A DNA stretch of 64,000 nucleotides from Lacunisphaera sp. (GTDB taxonomy: Bacteria; Verrucomicrobiota; Verrucomicrobiia; Opitutales; Opitutaceae). Shown here piece by piece: positions 1 through 9,669 of the stretch (positions within the stretch are counted from its first letter, which is position 1; every line of letters starts with the position of its first letter). A program made the translations under genes and the position numbers. The stretch lies in the NCBI GenBank assembly GCA_043738215.1, contig JAYUGX010000101.1, positions 2,961 through 66,960 on the forward strand. The letters are read 5' to 3'. The notes under the pieces are model-generated. The model was not told the DNA's origin, made no database searches, and saw only the letters and a list, made by a program, of their open reading frames with translations.

Positions 1-96
1 GCGCTCAGCCTCAACATCCGCGAGGTGGTCACCAAGCCGTTCACCATGGAAAATCTGGCCAGCGCCATCCATGGCGCGCTGGTCCCGAAGCGCTGA
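1..96 (+). CDS. 3' end of a receiver-domain protein (response regulator or hybrid kinase), truncated by window edge
   Basis: Frame 1 reads ALSLNIREVVTKPFTMENLASAIHGALVPKR*, with the KPF motif of REC domains. Confidence 0.7.
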   Translation, partial: ALSLNIREVVTKPFTMENLASAIHGALVPKR

Positions 97-103
97 TGGC
101 GGG

Positions 104-346
104 TTATTCCTCTGCCACGGCGATGTCGTCCTCGCCCTTGCCGGCGTCGCGCTCGAAGAATCCCTCACGTTCCAGGATGCGCATGACCTGCTCGGTGACA
201 GTCTTGCGGTCGGCCGGGGGCAATTTGGCGTGATGAATGGTCAGCATCTCGGCGATGCCGGCCTTGGCCTCGTCACGCTTGGTCACCCCGGCGAGAAAAT
301 CATCCGCCTGGTCGCAGATTTCGGAGACGATGGACTGCAAATCCAT
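104..346 (-). CDS. Small acidic hypothetical protein (80 aa)
   Basis: Clean ORF; TGGCCA-N16-TAAACT promoter-like motif ends 6 nt before the ATG. Confidence 0.7.
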   Translation of the reverse strand: MDLQSIVSEICDQADDFLAGVTKRDEAKAGIAEMLTIHHAKLPPADRKTVTEQVMRILEREGFFERDAGKGEDDIAVAEE

Positions 347-397
347 GCGGGCAGTTTAGGCTGTGGCTGGGTCATGGCCAGTCCGGAAACCACCGTA

Positions 398-856
398 CTA
401 TTTCGCCAGCCGCGGGTCGAAGGAGAACGGCTCGGGCTTGCCGACCTTGACCCTGGTAAATTGCGGATGCGCCGGATTGAGCAGGTAGTTGAATTCGCCG
501 GGCACGACGACACTCGGCACCCGAAACGCTACACTCCGCCGGGACTGCACCCATTCCGCCCCGATTGCCTGCGTTTCCTGGGGGTGGGGGTAGTGCCGCC
601 AGTTATCCGGGAAACGACCGGGCTTTTCAATCAGGTCGGCTGAAATCTCTGCTGGAACCATGATCCACTGCATGGCAAGCAACCGGTCAGCCTCATCGGC
701 ATTGACCAGGACCTCGACAACAGCCAGGGCGCGCGATTCGGAGCAATACACCACGGCAAGCCCTGGAGGAGACCAGCGGCCACCAAACAGTTCGGCGCCC
801 TCGCCGGAATACGCCGTGCGGGTGTATTTGGCCGCGGAAAGCCGCCAGAGGAGCAT
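398..856 (-). CDS. RES-domain toxin (NAD+-targeting, ParT/MbcT-like)
   Basis: WR..SGEGA..GGRW, YCSES..LAVVE, VPSVV..E.NYLLNP.HP motifs; 2 nt downstream of antitoxin gene. Confidence 0.92.
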   Translation of the reverse strand: MLLWRLSAAKYTRTAYSGEGAELFGGRWSPPGLAVVYCSESRALAVVEVLVNADEADRLLAMQWIMVPAEISADLIEKPGRFPDNWRHYPHPQETQAIGAEWVQSRRSVAFRVPSVVVPGEFNYLLNPAHPQFTRVKVGKPEPFSFDPRLAK

Positions 857-858
857 CG

Positions 859-1275
859 TCAGGAATAGACGCCGTGTTCGATCCGGCCGATGACATTCTC
901 GACTTCACGTGCGCCGGGCTCGGTCTGCGCATACTCTAGCGGAGTCTTCCAGCCCAAGGCCGGAATCTTGGCATTGAACCAACCGCGGGTGTTCTCGTCG
1001 GTGCCGAAGAGGGCTTTGGCGATATCGAACAGGCGCATCAATCGGGCGGCGCGCTCGCCCTCATGGCTCTTCAGTCGGGCCTTGCCGGCCACCCGGCGGG
1101 CATAGGTGCGGGCGGGGATGTTGATGAGCTTGGCCAGCTCGTCATTTGTGAAGCCCGCCTGTCTACTGAATTTCACCACGTCCATCACCGGCAGACCTTC
1201 CTCGACGCGTTGAACCATGGCATGGTTGTCGTGGATCTGCTCGTAGGTCGTGGGCTTGGGCTTGCGGGTTTTCAT
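859..1275 (-). CDS. Xre/MbcA/ParS-type antitoxin (HTH + DUF2384)
   Basis: HTH-like ELAKLINIPARTYARR; C-terminal WF...ALG..TPL....T..GAR.VE.VIGRIEHG. Confidence 0.92.
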   Translation of the reverse strand: MKTRKPKPTTYEQIHDNHAMVQRVEEGLPVMDVVKFSRQAGFTNDELAKLINIPARTYARRVAGKARLKSHEGERAARLMRLFDIAKALFGTDENTRGWFNAKIPALGWKTPLEYAQTEPGAREVENVIGRIEHGVYS

Positions 1276-1281
1276 GCCGCC

Positions 1282-1351
1282 AAGCTACTCGGGGCTGCTT
1301 ATCCTACAAGCAGAAAATGCCAGATGGCATATGCAATATTGCCAAATGGCC
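1282..1351 (-). promoter_or_regulatory. Putative TA promoter (TTGTAG-N16-TAGCTT) with two upstream palindromic operators
   Basis: -10 at 1282-1287 and -35 at 1304-1309; ATGCCA-GA-TGGCAT at 1317-1330 and GCCA-AA-TGGC at 1341-1350. Confidence 0.6.
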
Positions 1352-1353
1352 GG

Positions 1354-4146
1354 CTAGATTTTGAGCGCCGCCGCCAGCTTGGATGCATCGCCGCCGCCGC
1401 CCATGGCGAAATCCGGCTTGCCGCCGCCCTTGCCGCCGAGCTTGGCGGTGAGACCGCTGATGAGCTTGCCCGCCTGATGCCCGGCCTTGATCGCCTCGGG
1501 CGAGCAATGGGCCACGAGACTGACCTTGCCGTCGAACACGGCGCCGAGTTGCACCACACCGTTGCCGACCTTGTGCAGCACCTGGCTGCCGAGGGAGCGG
1601 AGTGTCTCGGGTGAATCCGTGGTGACGACGGTGGAAACCCATTTGAGTCCGTCCTTGGTGACGGCGGTCGCGGCGAGTTCGTCGGCCAGGCCGGCTGAAG
1701 CCTTGGCTTCGTAGGCCTTCAGCTTCTTCTCGAGCTCTTTCTGATGGGTGAGGGAGATTTCAAATTTCTGGACGACGTCGTGCACGCCGGCATTGAGCCG
1801 GTGGCTGACGGCCGAGAGCGCTGCTTCCTTGGCGGCGATGTGGTCCAAAGCGGCCTGGCCGGCGACGGCCTCGATGCGGCGCGTGCCGGCGGCGATCGCC
1901 ATCTCCGCGACAATCTTGATGACGCCAATCTCGCCGGTGGTGCTGACGTGCGTGCCGCCGCAGAGCTCCTTGGAATAGCCGCCGATGTCCACTACGCGGA
2001 CGTATTTGCCGTATTTATCGCCGAAGAAGGCGAGGACGTCCTCGGGCTTCTTGTCGTAGTCGATCTCGGCGCAAACGACCGGGGCGTTATCGATGACCTT
2101 CTCGTTGATGAGCTGCTCGCACTCCTTGATTTGCGCGGCAGTGACTTGCTCGAAGTGGGTGAAGTCGAAACGCATCCGGTCCGGCGTCTTGTGCGTGCCG
2201 AACTGCCGGACATGCGTGCCGAGGATTTTGCGCAGCGCCCAGTGGATCAAGTGCGCGGCGGAGTGGTGGCGGTTGATCGCCCGGCGGCGGGCGTAATCGA
2301 CATGCAGCGTGGCGGATGTCCCAACGGCCGGTGCGGAGACCGGCCCTCCAATTTTGTGCAGATGGCGGCCGGACTTGTCCTTGATCGTGTCGGTGATGAC
2401 CAGTTTCTGGCTGCCGACAATGGCATGGCCGGAGTCGCCGACCTGGCCGCCCATCTCGCCGTAGAAGGGAGTCTGGTCGAACACGAGATAGGTGTCCTTC
2501 TCGGCCTTCACTACATCCACGACCTTCGCATGCGTGGCATGCGCGGAGTCGATCACGTAGCCGACAAACTTGGTCGCCTCGGCCTTGGCGTCGCCTTCGG
2601 TGGATGCGACAATTACATCCGTCTTCCGTGCCGCCCGGCCGCGCTCACGCTGCTCTTCCATCTTTGCTTCGAAACCAGCGACATCTACCGTCAGGCCACG
2701 TTCGGCGGCGAGCAGTTGGGTCATGTCGAGAGGGAAGCCGTAGGTATCGTAAAGTTCGAAAGCTGACGCACCAGGAATTTCGTTGGGCTTAAGAGGCCTC
2801 GTCTCTTCAGAAACGACTCGCTTCCGTGTCTTTTCAGAGGAAGACCACGATTCGGTTTCGAGCTTATCCGTAATTGTTAGCGTATTCTTGCTGCCGGGCG
2901 GGATTGAAACGAGTTGAGCTGTTCTCTCAAAAATCTGCAGTCCCTTATCGAGGGTTCGTCCAAACGATTCCTCCTCGGCGCGGATCGCCTTCTCGATCAT
3001 CACACGCTGGGTCTTGAGCTCGGGAAATACGGTGCCGAGCGATTCGATCACCGGTGCGACGAGCTGCTCGAAGAAGCCAGTTCGTAAGCCGAGATATTTG
3101 TGGCCATACATGATGCCGCGGCGGAGGATGCGGCGGATGACGTAATTGCGGCCTTCGTTGCCGGGCAGGATGCCATCAGCGATGGCGCACGAGACGCAGC
3201 GAGCGTGGTCGGCGAGGACGCGGAAGGCGATGTCCACCTGTTCCTGCACTTCCAGCCCAGAGCGTTCCTTTGGGACGGTGCCGGTGTATTTCTTGAGGCC
3301 TTTGGTGAGACTCTCGATCTTGTCGAAGGTCGGCTTGAAGACGTCGGCGTTGTAGTTCGACGGGTCCTTCGAGAAATCCTTGAAGCCCTTCGTCGTGGCG
3401 TGAATGCCCGCGACGCGCTCGAAGCCGAGGCCGGTGTCGATGTGTTTGGCGGCGAGCGGAACGACCGTGCCGTCGGCGTTCGCGTTGAACTGGATGAAGA
3501 CGTGGTTCCAGATCTCGATGCAGCGCGGCGAGCCGGAGTTCACCAGCTTGCGCCCGGCGGTCTCGTCATCCTTGGGGAGGAGGTTGAAGTGGATCTCGGA
3601 GCACGGGCCGCACGGGCCGGTGTCGCCCATCATCCAGAAATTGTCCTGCTTGTTGCCGTAGACGATGTGGACCTTGGGATCGAGGCCGGCTTTCTTGAAA
3701 ATGCCGGTCCAGATGCCGTAGGCTTCCTGGTCGAGCTCCGACGGTTCGCCCTTGCCGGGCTTGTAGACGGTGGCGAAGAGCCGCTTGGGCGGAATGTCCC
3801 AGACCTTGGTGAGCAGCTCCCAACCCCAAGTGAGCGAATCCTGCTTGAAGTAGTCGCCGAAGGACCAGTTGCCGAGCATCTCGAACAGCGTGTGGTGGTA
3901 GGTGTCGAAGCCGACGTCCTCGAGGTCGTTGTGCTTGCCGCCGGCGCGGATGCATTTCTGGGTGTCGGCCACGCGCTTCCACGGCGCCGTCTGGTCGCCG
4001 AGGAAGTAGGGCACGAACTGGTTCATCCCGGCGTTCGTAAACAGCAGGTTGGGGGCCGTTGGCATGAGCGAGGACGACGGCACGATGGCGTGCTGCTTCG
4101 ACTTGAAGAACTCGAGAAACGACGAGCGGATTTCGGCAGAGGTCAT
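1354..4146 (-). CDS. alaS: Alanine--tRNA ligase
   Basis: FTNAGMNQF, HHTLFEMLGNWSFGDYFK, LYDTYGFP, HSAAH, ELCGGTHV, GGKGGGK motifs. Confidence 0.99.
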   Translation of the reverse strand: MTSAEIRSSFLEFFKSKQHAIVPSSSLMPTAPNLLFTNAGMNQFVPYFLGDQTAPWKRVADTQKCIRAGGKHNDLEDVGFDTYHHTLFEMLGNWSFGDYFKQDSLTWGWELLTKVWDIPPKRLFATVYKPGKGEPSELDQEAYGIWTGIFKKAGLDPKVHIVYGNKQDNFWMMGDTGPCGPCSEIHFNLLPKDDETAGRKLVNSGSPRCIEIWNHVFIQFNANADGTVVPLAAKHIDTGLGFERVAGIHATTKGFKDFSKDPSNYNADVFKPTFDKIESLTKGLKKYTGTVPKERSGLEVQEQVDIAFRVLADHARCVSCAIADGILPGNEGRNYVIRRILRRGIMYGHKYLGLRTGFFEQLVAPVIESLGTVFPELKTQRVMIEKAIRAEEESFGRTLDKGLQIFERTAQLVSIPPGSKNTLTITDKLETESWSSSEKTRKRVVSEETRPLKPNEIPGASAFELYDTYGFPLDMTQLLAAERGLTVDVAGFEAKMEEQRERGRAARKTDVIVASTEGDAKAEATKFVGYVIDSAHATHAKVVDVVKAEKDTYLVFDQTPFYGEMGGQVGDSGHAIVGSQKLVITDTIKDKSGRHLHKIGGPVSAPAVGTSATLHVDYARRRAINRHHSAAHLIHWALRKILGTHVRQFGTHKTPDRMRFDFTHFEQVTAAQIKECEQLINEKVIDNAPVVCAEIDYDKKPEDVLAFFGDKYGKYVRVVDIGGYSKELCGGTHVSTTGEIGVIKIVAEMAIAAGTRRIEAVAGQAALDHIAAKEAALSAVSHRLNAGVHDVVQKFEISLTHQKELEKKLKAYEAKASAGLADELAATAVTKDGLKWVSTVVTTDSPETLRSLGSQVLHKVGNGVVQLGAVFDGKVSLVAHCSPEAIKAGHQAGKLISGLTAKLGGKGGGKPDFAMGGGGDASKLAAALKI

Positions 4147-4357
4147 GAGCTATGCCCAGAGAAGAGATTACCAAAGACGGAGTGGCAAGTTGGAAGGGTA
4201 AGCTACTGGCCGAGCCTGAAGTGGTTGAGTTATTCGTCGCAGCATCCGTTTGGCCTACGGGTTTATCCTACCGCGCGGGAGCTTGTGTTATTCGTTCCGG
4301 CCGATAAATTGCTTTTATTCCCGAAGCGCAGGCTAGGCCAGCACCTGCGATCCGCCA

Positions 4358-7147
4358 GTGAACACAACTCAGAAGTCCAAGCTGCCAAATACGCCCAAAA
4401 GCCGCCGGCCAGCGGCGGTGGGAACTGGCGGGAGCAGCCCGTTGCGCGTGTTGTTGGTGGAAGACTCCGAGAGTGACGCCTTGCTGGTGCTCGAGGAGTT
4501 GAAGCACGCCGGTTTCGCGCCGGTCTTCAGTCGTGTCCAGACCGCGGAGGCCATGCAAGCGGCGCTGGCCGCGGAAAAGTGGGACATTGTTCTGTGCGAT
4601 TACCGGATTCCCAGTTTTGATGTCACAGCCGCTCTAGAGGTGCTGCATAAAACCGGTCTGGAACTGCCTTTTCTTATGGTCTCCGACATAATCGGCAAAG
4701 AGACCGCGGTGGTGGCGATGAAGCTGGGCGTCACGGATTATCTCCTGCTAAAGGACCGGCGGGCGCGGCTGAGACTGGCCATTTGCCAGGCACTGGAGCA
4801 GAGCCGGTTTCACAAGGAGCACAAGCAGACCGAAGAGGCGTTGCGACTGTTTCGCAATCTGGTGGACCAGTCCAATGATACGATTGAGGTGATTGATCCG
4901 GGCACCGCGCGCTTTCTTGATGTGAACGAAAAAGGTCCCGCCGAGCTCGGCTGCACCCGGGCTGAGTATCTGGCACTGCGGGTGTTTGAGATCGATCCGA
5001 TGGTAACAGTGGATAGCTGGCCAAAACTGGCGGAAAAGATCCGCTTGACCGGCGCCTTGAGTGGCGAAGGCCGCCACCGAAGGAAGGATGGCACGACGTT
5101 CCCGATCGAATTCAACGCGAAGTGGGTCCATTTGGGCCGGGACTACATCGTGACTGTCGTGCGCGACATCAGCACGCAAAAACGGGCGGAAGGCGCGCTG
5201 CTCGCCAAACAAGCCCAGTTGCTGGAAGCCTTGAGCATCACGCGACTGGCCTACTGGGAATACGACGTGCTCAAGGATGAATTCATCTTCAACGACCAGT
5301 TCTATTCCGTGCTTCGCACGACGGCGGAGCGGGAGGGCGGCTATACCATGTCTTCTGAGAAATATACCCGTCGGTTCGTTCATCCCGATGATCTGGCGGT
5401 GGTCGGGCAGGAAATCCAGAGGGCCCTGACCACGACGGATCCGAATTACCGCCGGGAACTGGATCATCGCATAATCTATACGGATGGCGAAACCGGACAT
5501 GTTAACGTCCATATCCGCGTGGAGAAGGATGCCCAGGGGCGCACGATCCGGACCCGCGGCGCCTACATGGACATCACCGGGCGCAAGCAGGCCGAGGGGG
5601 CCCTGGCCGCAGAGCGAACCTTGCTGCGCACTTTGTTCGATCTGCTGCCCGACCACATCTATGTGAAAGATCTGCAAGGCCGTTTCATCACGTGCAACGA
5701 CCGCTGCGCGCGCGCCATGGGCGCGGCCAGCGCCGCGGAGCTGATAGGCAAGACCGACGCGGATTACTTCCCCCCCGAGATGGAGGCGGGCTATCGCGCC
5801 GACGAACTCATGGTCCTGACCGGCACGGCCCTGATCGACAAGGAGGAGAAGAACCTGCAGGGCGGGGAGCTGCGGACCATCCTGACCAACAAGCTGCCCC
5901 TCCGCGACAGCCTCGGGAAAATCATCGGGATTGTGGGCAACGGGCGTGACATCACGCAGCGCTTGCAATTGGAGGAACAACTCCGGCAATCGCAGAAGAT
6001 GGAGGCAATCGGCCAGCTCGCCGGCGGGGTGGCCCACGATTTCAACAACCTCCTGACGGTGATCAAGGGGCACATCGGGCTCCTCCGGGCCAAGAACCAG
6101 GTGCCGCCGGAGATTGCCGATTCCATCCAGCAGATTGACGAGGCGGCGGACCGGGCCGCCAACCTGACCAGGCAGTTGCTGACCTTCAGCCGGCAGCAGG
6201 TCATGCAGCCGATTGTGCTGAACCTCAACGGCGTGGTCTTCAACCTGGCCAAGATGCTGCGCCGGCTGCTCAGTGAGACTATCCAGATGGAGGTCGAATG
6301 CCTGCCGCAACCGCTGCTGATCCGGGCGGATGAGGGCATGGTGGAGCAGGTTCTGCTCAACCTAGTGGTGAACGCACGCGACGCCCTGCCGAAGGCGGGC
6401 ACGCTGCGCATCACGACGCAGCCGGTGGATCTCAATGAGCCGGCCGCGCGCGCGATGATGCACGGGCGCGCCGGCGCCTTCGTCTGCCTCGCCGTCAGCG
6501 ACACGGGCACCGGCATCGCCCCGGAGGTTTTGCCGCGCATCTTCGAGCCGTTTTTCACCACCAAGGGAATTGGCAAGGGCACCGGCATTGGACTGGCGAC
6601 GGTCTATGCCATCATGCAGCAGCATGGGGGATGGATCAACGTGGAGAGTGTGGTGGGCCGGGGCTCCACCTTCCGGGCTTATTTTCCCCGGCTGGCCACG
6701 GCGCTGCCCACCACACCGGCGGGTCAGGACGGCCTGCCGGTGCGCGGAGGGCACGAGGGCATCCTGCTGGTTGAGGATGAATCCGCGGTGCGCGTGGTGG
6801 CGGAGGCGGCGCTGGTGAATCTCGGCTACCGGGTTTTTACCGCGCCGAGCGGTCTGGCGGCACTGCAGGTCTGGGAGATGCACCGGCATGAAATCGAGCT
6901 GCTCCTGACCGACCTTGTCATGCCCGATGGCATCACCGGCCGGGATCTCGCGCTGCGCCTGCGGGCCAGTGCGCCCCAACTGGCGGTCATCTACATGAGC
7001 GGCTACAGCCAGGAGATGGCCGGGGGTGACTTTCCCCTGGAAGAGGGCACGAATTTTCTCGCCAAGCCCTTTGATCTGACCGGCCTGGCCAAACTGGTGC
7101 GCGCGAGCTTGGATCGCGGAGTGACCAACCCGCCATTTACCCGCTGA
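4358..7147 (+). CDS. Hybrid sensor histidine kinase (REC-PAS-PAS-PAS-HisKA-HATPase-REC)
   Basis: LLVEDS, three PAS/PAC repeats, AHDFNNLL H-box, FFTTK..GKGTG.GL, terminal LLVEDE..KPF. Confidence 0.95.
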   Translation: MNTTQKSKLPNTPKSRRPAAVGTGGSSPLRVLLVEDSESDALLVLEELKHAGFAPVFSRVQTAEAMQAALAAEKWDIVLCDYRIPSFDVTAALEVLHKTGLELPFLMVSDIIGKETAVVAMKLGVTDYLLLKDRRARLRLAICQALEQSRFHKEHKQTEEALRLFRNLVDQSNDTIEVIDPGTARFLDVNEKGPAELGCTRAEYLALRVFEIDPMVTVDSWPKLAEKIRLTGALSGEGRHRRKDGTTFPIEFNAKWVHLGRDYIVTVVRDISTQKRAEGALLAKQAQLLEALSITRLAYWEYDVLKDEFIFNDQFYSVLRTTAEREGGYTMSSEKYTRRFVHPDDLAVVGQEIQRALTTTDPNYRRELDHRIIYTDGETGHVNVHIRVEKDAQGRTIRTRGAYMDITGRKQAEGALAAERTLLRTLFDLLPDHIYVKDLQGRFITCNDRCARAMGAASAAELIGKTDADYFPPEMEAGYRADELMVLTGTALIDKEEKNLQGGELRTILTNKLPLRDSLGKIIGIVGNGRDITQRLQLEEQLRQSQKMEAIGQLAGGVAHDFNNLLTVIKGHIGLLRAKNQVPPEIADSIQQIDEAADRAANLTRQLLTFSRQQVMQPIVLNLNGVVFNLAKMLRRLLSETIQMEVECLPQPLLIRADEGMVEQVLLNLVVNARDALPKAGTLRITTQPVDLNEPAARAMMHGRAGAFVCLAVSDTGTGIAPEVLPRIFEPFFTTKGIGKGTGIGLATVYAIMQQHGGWINVESVVGRGSTFRAYFPRLATALPTTPAGQDGLPVRGGHEGILLVEDESAVRVVAEAALVNLGYRVFTAPSGLAALQVWEMHRHEIELLLTDLVMPDGITGRDLALRLRASAPQLAVIYMSGYSQEMAGGDFPLEEGTNFLAKPFDLTGLAKLVRASLDRGVTNPPFTR

Positions 7148-7212
7148 TCGGACTGCGCCGGCGCCTTTACCTTTTGCGTTGCGAGGCGGTCGGCGGCGGC
7201 AAGTCTAGCGGC

Positions 7213-7857
7213 GTGAAAATCCATGTGCTGCCGTCGGGCCCGATCCAGACCATCGGCTACCTGCTGACCGAGCCCAAGCTCGGCGAGGCGGTGCTGGTGG
7301 ACGCACCCGGCGGCATTCTCGCCAGAATTAAACCCTTGCTGGTCAAGGAAGGTTGCGTGCTGAGGGAGTTGTGGCTGACGCACGGGCATTGGGACCATAC
7401 GCAGGATGCGGCCAAAGTCGTGCGCGAGACCAAGGCCCTGGTGCGAGGTCATGAGGCGGATCGTGTGCTTTTCGAAACGCCTGGAATCATGGAGGAGCGA
7501 ATGGGTCACAAGCTGGGCCTCGAAACGGTCGCGGTGAACGCATGGGTCGGCCAGGGCGATCGGCTCAAGGCGCTCGGACGGGAGTTCGAGGTGCGGCACG
7601 TGCCGGGACATTGCCCCGGCAACATCTTGTTCTACGCGGCCGAGGCCACCGCTGCGTTTGTTGGCGATGCACTGTTCAAGGGCGGCGTGGGGCGCTGGGA
7701 TTTGCCCGGGGGCAGTCTCGAGGTATTGACCCAGTCCATTCGTGAGCAAATCTACACGTTGCCGGATGACACGGTCGTTTTTCCCGGCCACGGCCCACGG
7801 ACAACCGTGGGAGAAGAGAAAGCCAGCAATCCTTACGTGGCTGCTGCCGCCCGATGA
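7213..7857 (+). CDS. MBL-fold metallo-hydrolase (glyoxalase II/YcbL-like)
   Basis: THGHWDH, PGHCPG, GDALF, PGHG motifs; GTG start inferred. Confidence 0.92.
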   Translation: MKIHVLPSGPIQTIGYLLTEPKLGEAVLVDAPGGILARIKPLLVKEGCVLRELWLTHGHWDHTQDAAKVVRETKALVRGHEADRVLFETPGIMEERMGHKLGLETVAVNAWVGQGDRLKALGREFEVRHVPGHCPGNILFYAAEATAAFVGDALFKGGVGRWDLPGGSLEVLTQSIREQIYTLPDDTVVFPGHGPRTTVGEEKASNPYVAAAAR

Positions 7858-9023
7858 ACCCGGGCGAACACGAGAATTTCATGCGCCGCGCGCTGGACGC
7901 TGCCCGGCGCGGATGGGGCGACACGCATCCGAATCCGATGGTTGGTGCGTTGATCGTCGAGGACGGCGAGGTTGTCGCGGAGGGCCATCACGCCAAGGCA
8001 GGCGAACCCCACGCGGAGATCAATGCCCTGCGGGCGCTCGGCCGGAAGCCGAAACCCGGCGCCACGCTTTATGTGACGCTGGAGCCCTGCTGCACGCACG
8101 GTCGCACGCCGCCTTGCACCGGCGCCATCGTCGATGCCGGCATCGGCCGCGTGGTGGCGGGCGCGACGGATCCCAACCCGGCGCACGCCGGCAAGGGCTT
8201 CGAGGTTCTCCGCGCGGGCGGCGTGGAAGTGATCACGGGGGTGTCGGGAGAGGAGTGCGCCGACCTGAATTTGATTTTCAACCACTGGATGGGCACGGGC
8301 CGGCCGTTGTTTGCGGCCAAGTCGGGCGTGACGCTCGACGGCAAGGTGGCGACACGCACCGGCGACTCGAAATGGATCACCGGCGAGCAGTCGCGGACCG
8401 ACGGTCACCGCTGGCGGCGGCTGTTTCCGGCCATTGCCGTGGGTGCCGGGACCGTGCGGGCCGACAACCCGCGGCTGACGGCCCGGATGGGCGGGGCGGA
8501 GTGGTGCCCGTGGCGCTTTGTCTTCGACGGGCTGCTGCGCACGGTGGCGGACAAGGCCATGCCCAATGTCTACACCGACGAATTCCGGGAGCGCACCATC
8601 GTGGTCACCACCCCGCACGGCGGCCTGGGCTATGTGCGCAAACTGAACGCGCTGGGCGTCAAGACCTGGGTGCTGCCGGCCAGTTCACCGAAGGTCAATT
8701 TCGGCGATTTCCGCAAGCGGTGCACCGCAGAGGGAATCACGGGGGTGTTTTTCGAAGGCGGGGCGCAATTGCTGAGCGAGCTGCTCCAGGCCCGCGAGCT
8801 GGAATACCTGCTGGTCTATCACGCCCCGGTGCTCTTCGCCGACGAGAAGGGCACGGGCATCCTGCGCGGCCTGCGCACGGAGACGCTCGCCAACGCGATC
8901 CGGCTTGAGCGTGTGCGGCATGAGGCGCACGGGGACGACACCCTGATGCGCGGCTTCGTCAAATACCCGGAAAAGATGTTCGTGGACGAGGCGGTTTTCA
9001 CCCGGAAACTTTACGGCGAGTGA
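7854..9023 (+). CDS. ribD: Riboflavin biosynthesis deaminase/reductase
   Basis: PNPMVG, HAE, TLEPCCTHGRTPPC, TLDGK, EGG motifs. Confidence 0.97.
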   Translation: MNPGEHENFMRRALDAARRGWGDTHPNPMVGALIVEDGEVVAEGHHAKAGEPHAEINALRALGRKPKPGATLYVTLEPCCTHGRTPPCTGAIVDAGIGRVVAGATDPNPAHAGKGFEVLRAGGVEVITGVSGEECADLNLIFNHWMGTGRPLFAAKSGVTLDGKVATRTGDSKWITGEQSRTDGHRWRRLFPAIAVGAGTVRADNPRLTARMGGAEWCPWRFVFDGLLRTVADKAMPNVYTDEFRERTIVVTTPHGGLGYVRKLNALGVKTWVLPASSPKVNFGDFRKRCTAEGITGVFFEGGAQLLSELLQARELEYLLVYHAPVLFADEKGTGILRGLRTETLANAIRLERVRHEAHGDDTLMRGFVKYPEKMFVDEAVFTRKLYGE

Positions 9024-9050
9024 TCCTCCTTCGCCAAGGCTTCGGAGGAC
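9024..9050. repeat. Short palindromic element TCCTCCTTCGCCAAGGCTTCGGAGGAC
   Basis: Starts right after ribD stop; a longer copy occurs at 41136-41194. Confidence 0.75.
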
Positions 9051-9057
9051 AGGGGAC

Positions 9058-9669
9058 GTGAGCATTCCGACGACAATTCATTTGGCTACGGGCAATCCGC
9101 ACAAGGTGCGGGAAATGCAGGCGCTGGCCGGTGCGTCGGGCCTGCCGGTGAAGATCGTGCCGGCCATGGACATGCCCGTGGTGGTCGAGGACGCCGGCAC
9201 GTTTGCGGGCAACGCCCGGAAGAAAGCCTTGGCGCTCCAAGCCGTCCGGCCAACCGGCGCGTGGGTGCTGGCCGACGACAGCGGCCTGTGCGCCGACGCA
9301 CTCGGTGGCGAGCCGGGCGTGGAGTCGGCCTACTACGCCGGTCCGCAGGGGGACTATGCGGCCAACCTGAGAAAACTCACCGAGGTTATGCGCCACGTGC
9401 CGGACGACCGGCGCGGGGCGCATTTCGTCTGCGTGCTGGTGCTGCGCGGACCGGGCGGGGCGGAAAAGATGTTCGAGGGTCGCTGCCCTGGCACGCTGCG
9501 CCGTGAGCCGGCTGGCTGCAGTGGCTTTGGCTACGATCCGCTTTTCATCCCGGATGGTCATGACCGGACCTACGCCGAGCTGCCCGAGGCGGAGAAACAC
9601 AAAATCAGTCACCGCGGGTGCGCCTGGCACCTCCTGGCCGACTGGTTCAGATCAGACAGCCCGGCCTGA
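9058..9669 (+). CDS. rdgB: Non-canonical purine NTP pyrophosphatase (Ham1 family)
   Basis: ATGNPHK, ADDSGL, GFGYDPLF, KISHRG motifs. Confidence 0.95.
   Translation: MSIPTTIHLATGNPHKVREMQALAGASGLPVKIVPAMDMPVVVEDAGTFAGNARKKALALQAVRPTGAWVLADDSGLCADALGGEPGVESAYYAGPQGDYAANLRKLTEVMRHVPDDRRGAHFVCVLVLRGPGGAEKMFEGRCPGTLRREPAGCSGFGYDPLFIPDGHDRTYAELPEAEKHKISHRGCAWHLLADWFRSDSPA

Noticed and set aside
2779-2922. alaS insert as an intein or intron
   Set aside because: Too short, no splice-junction residues, and the frame is open without intron-like structure.
4147-4357. Lower-GC alaS/kinase intergenic region as a T-box or ncRNA
   Set aside because: No T-box motif or convincing structure; consistent with divergent promoters.
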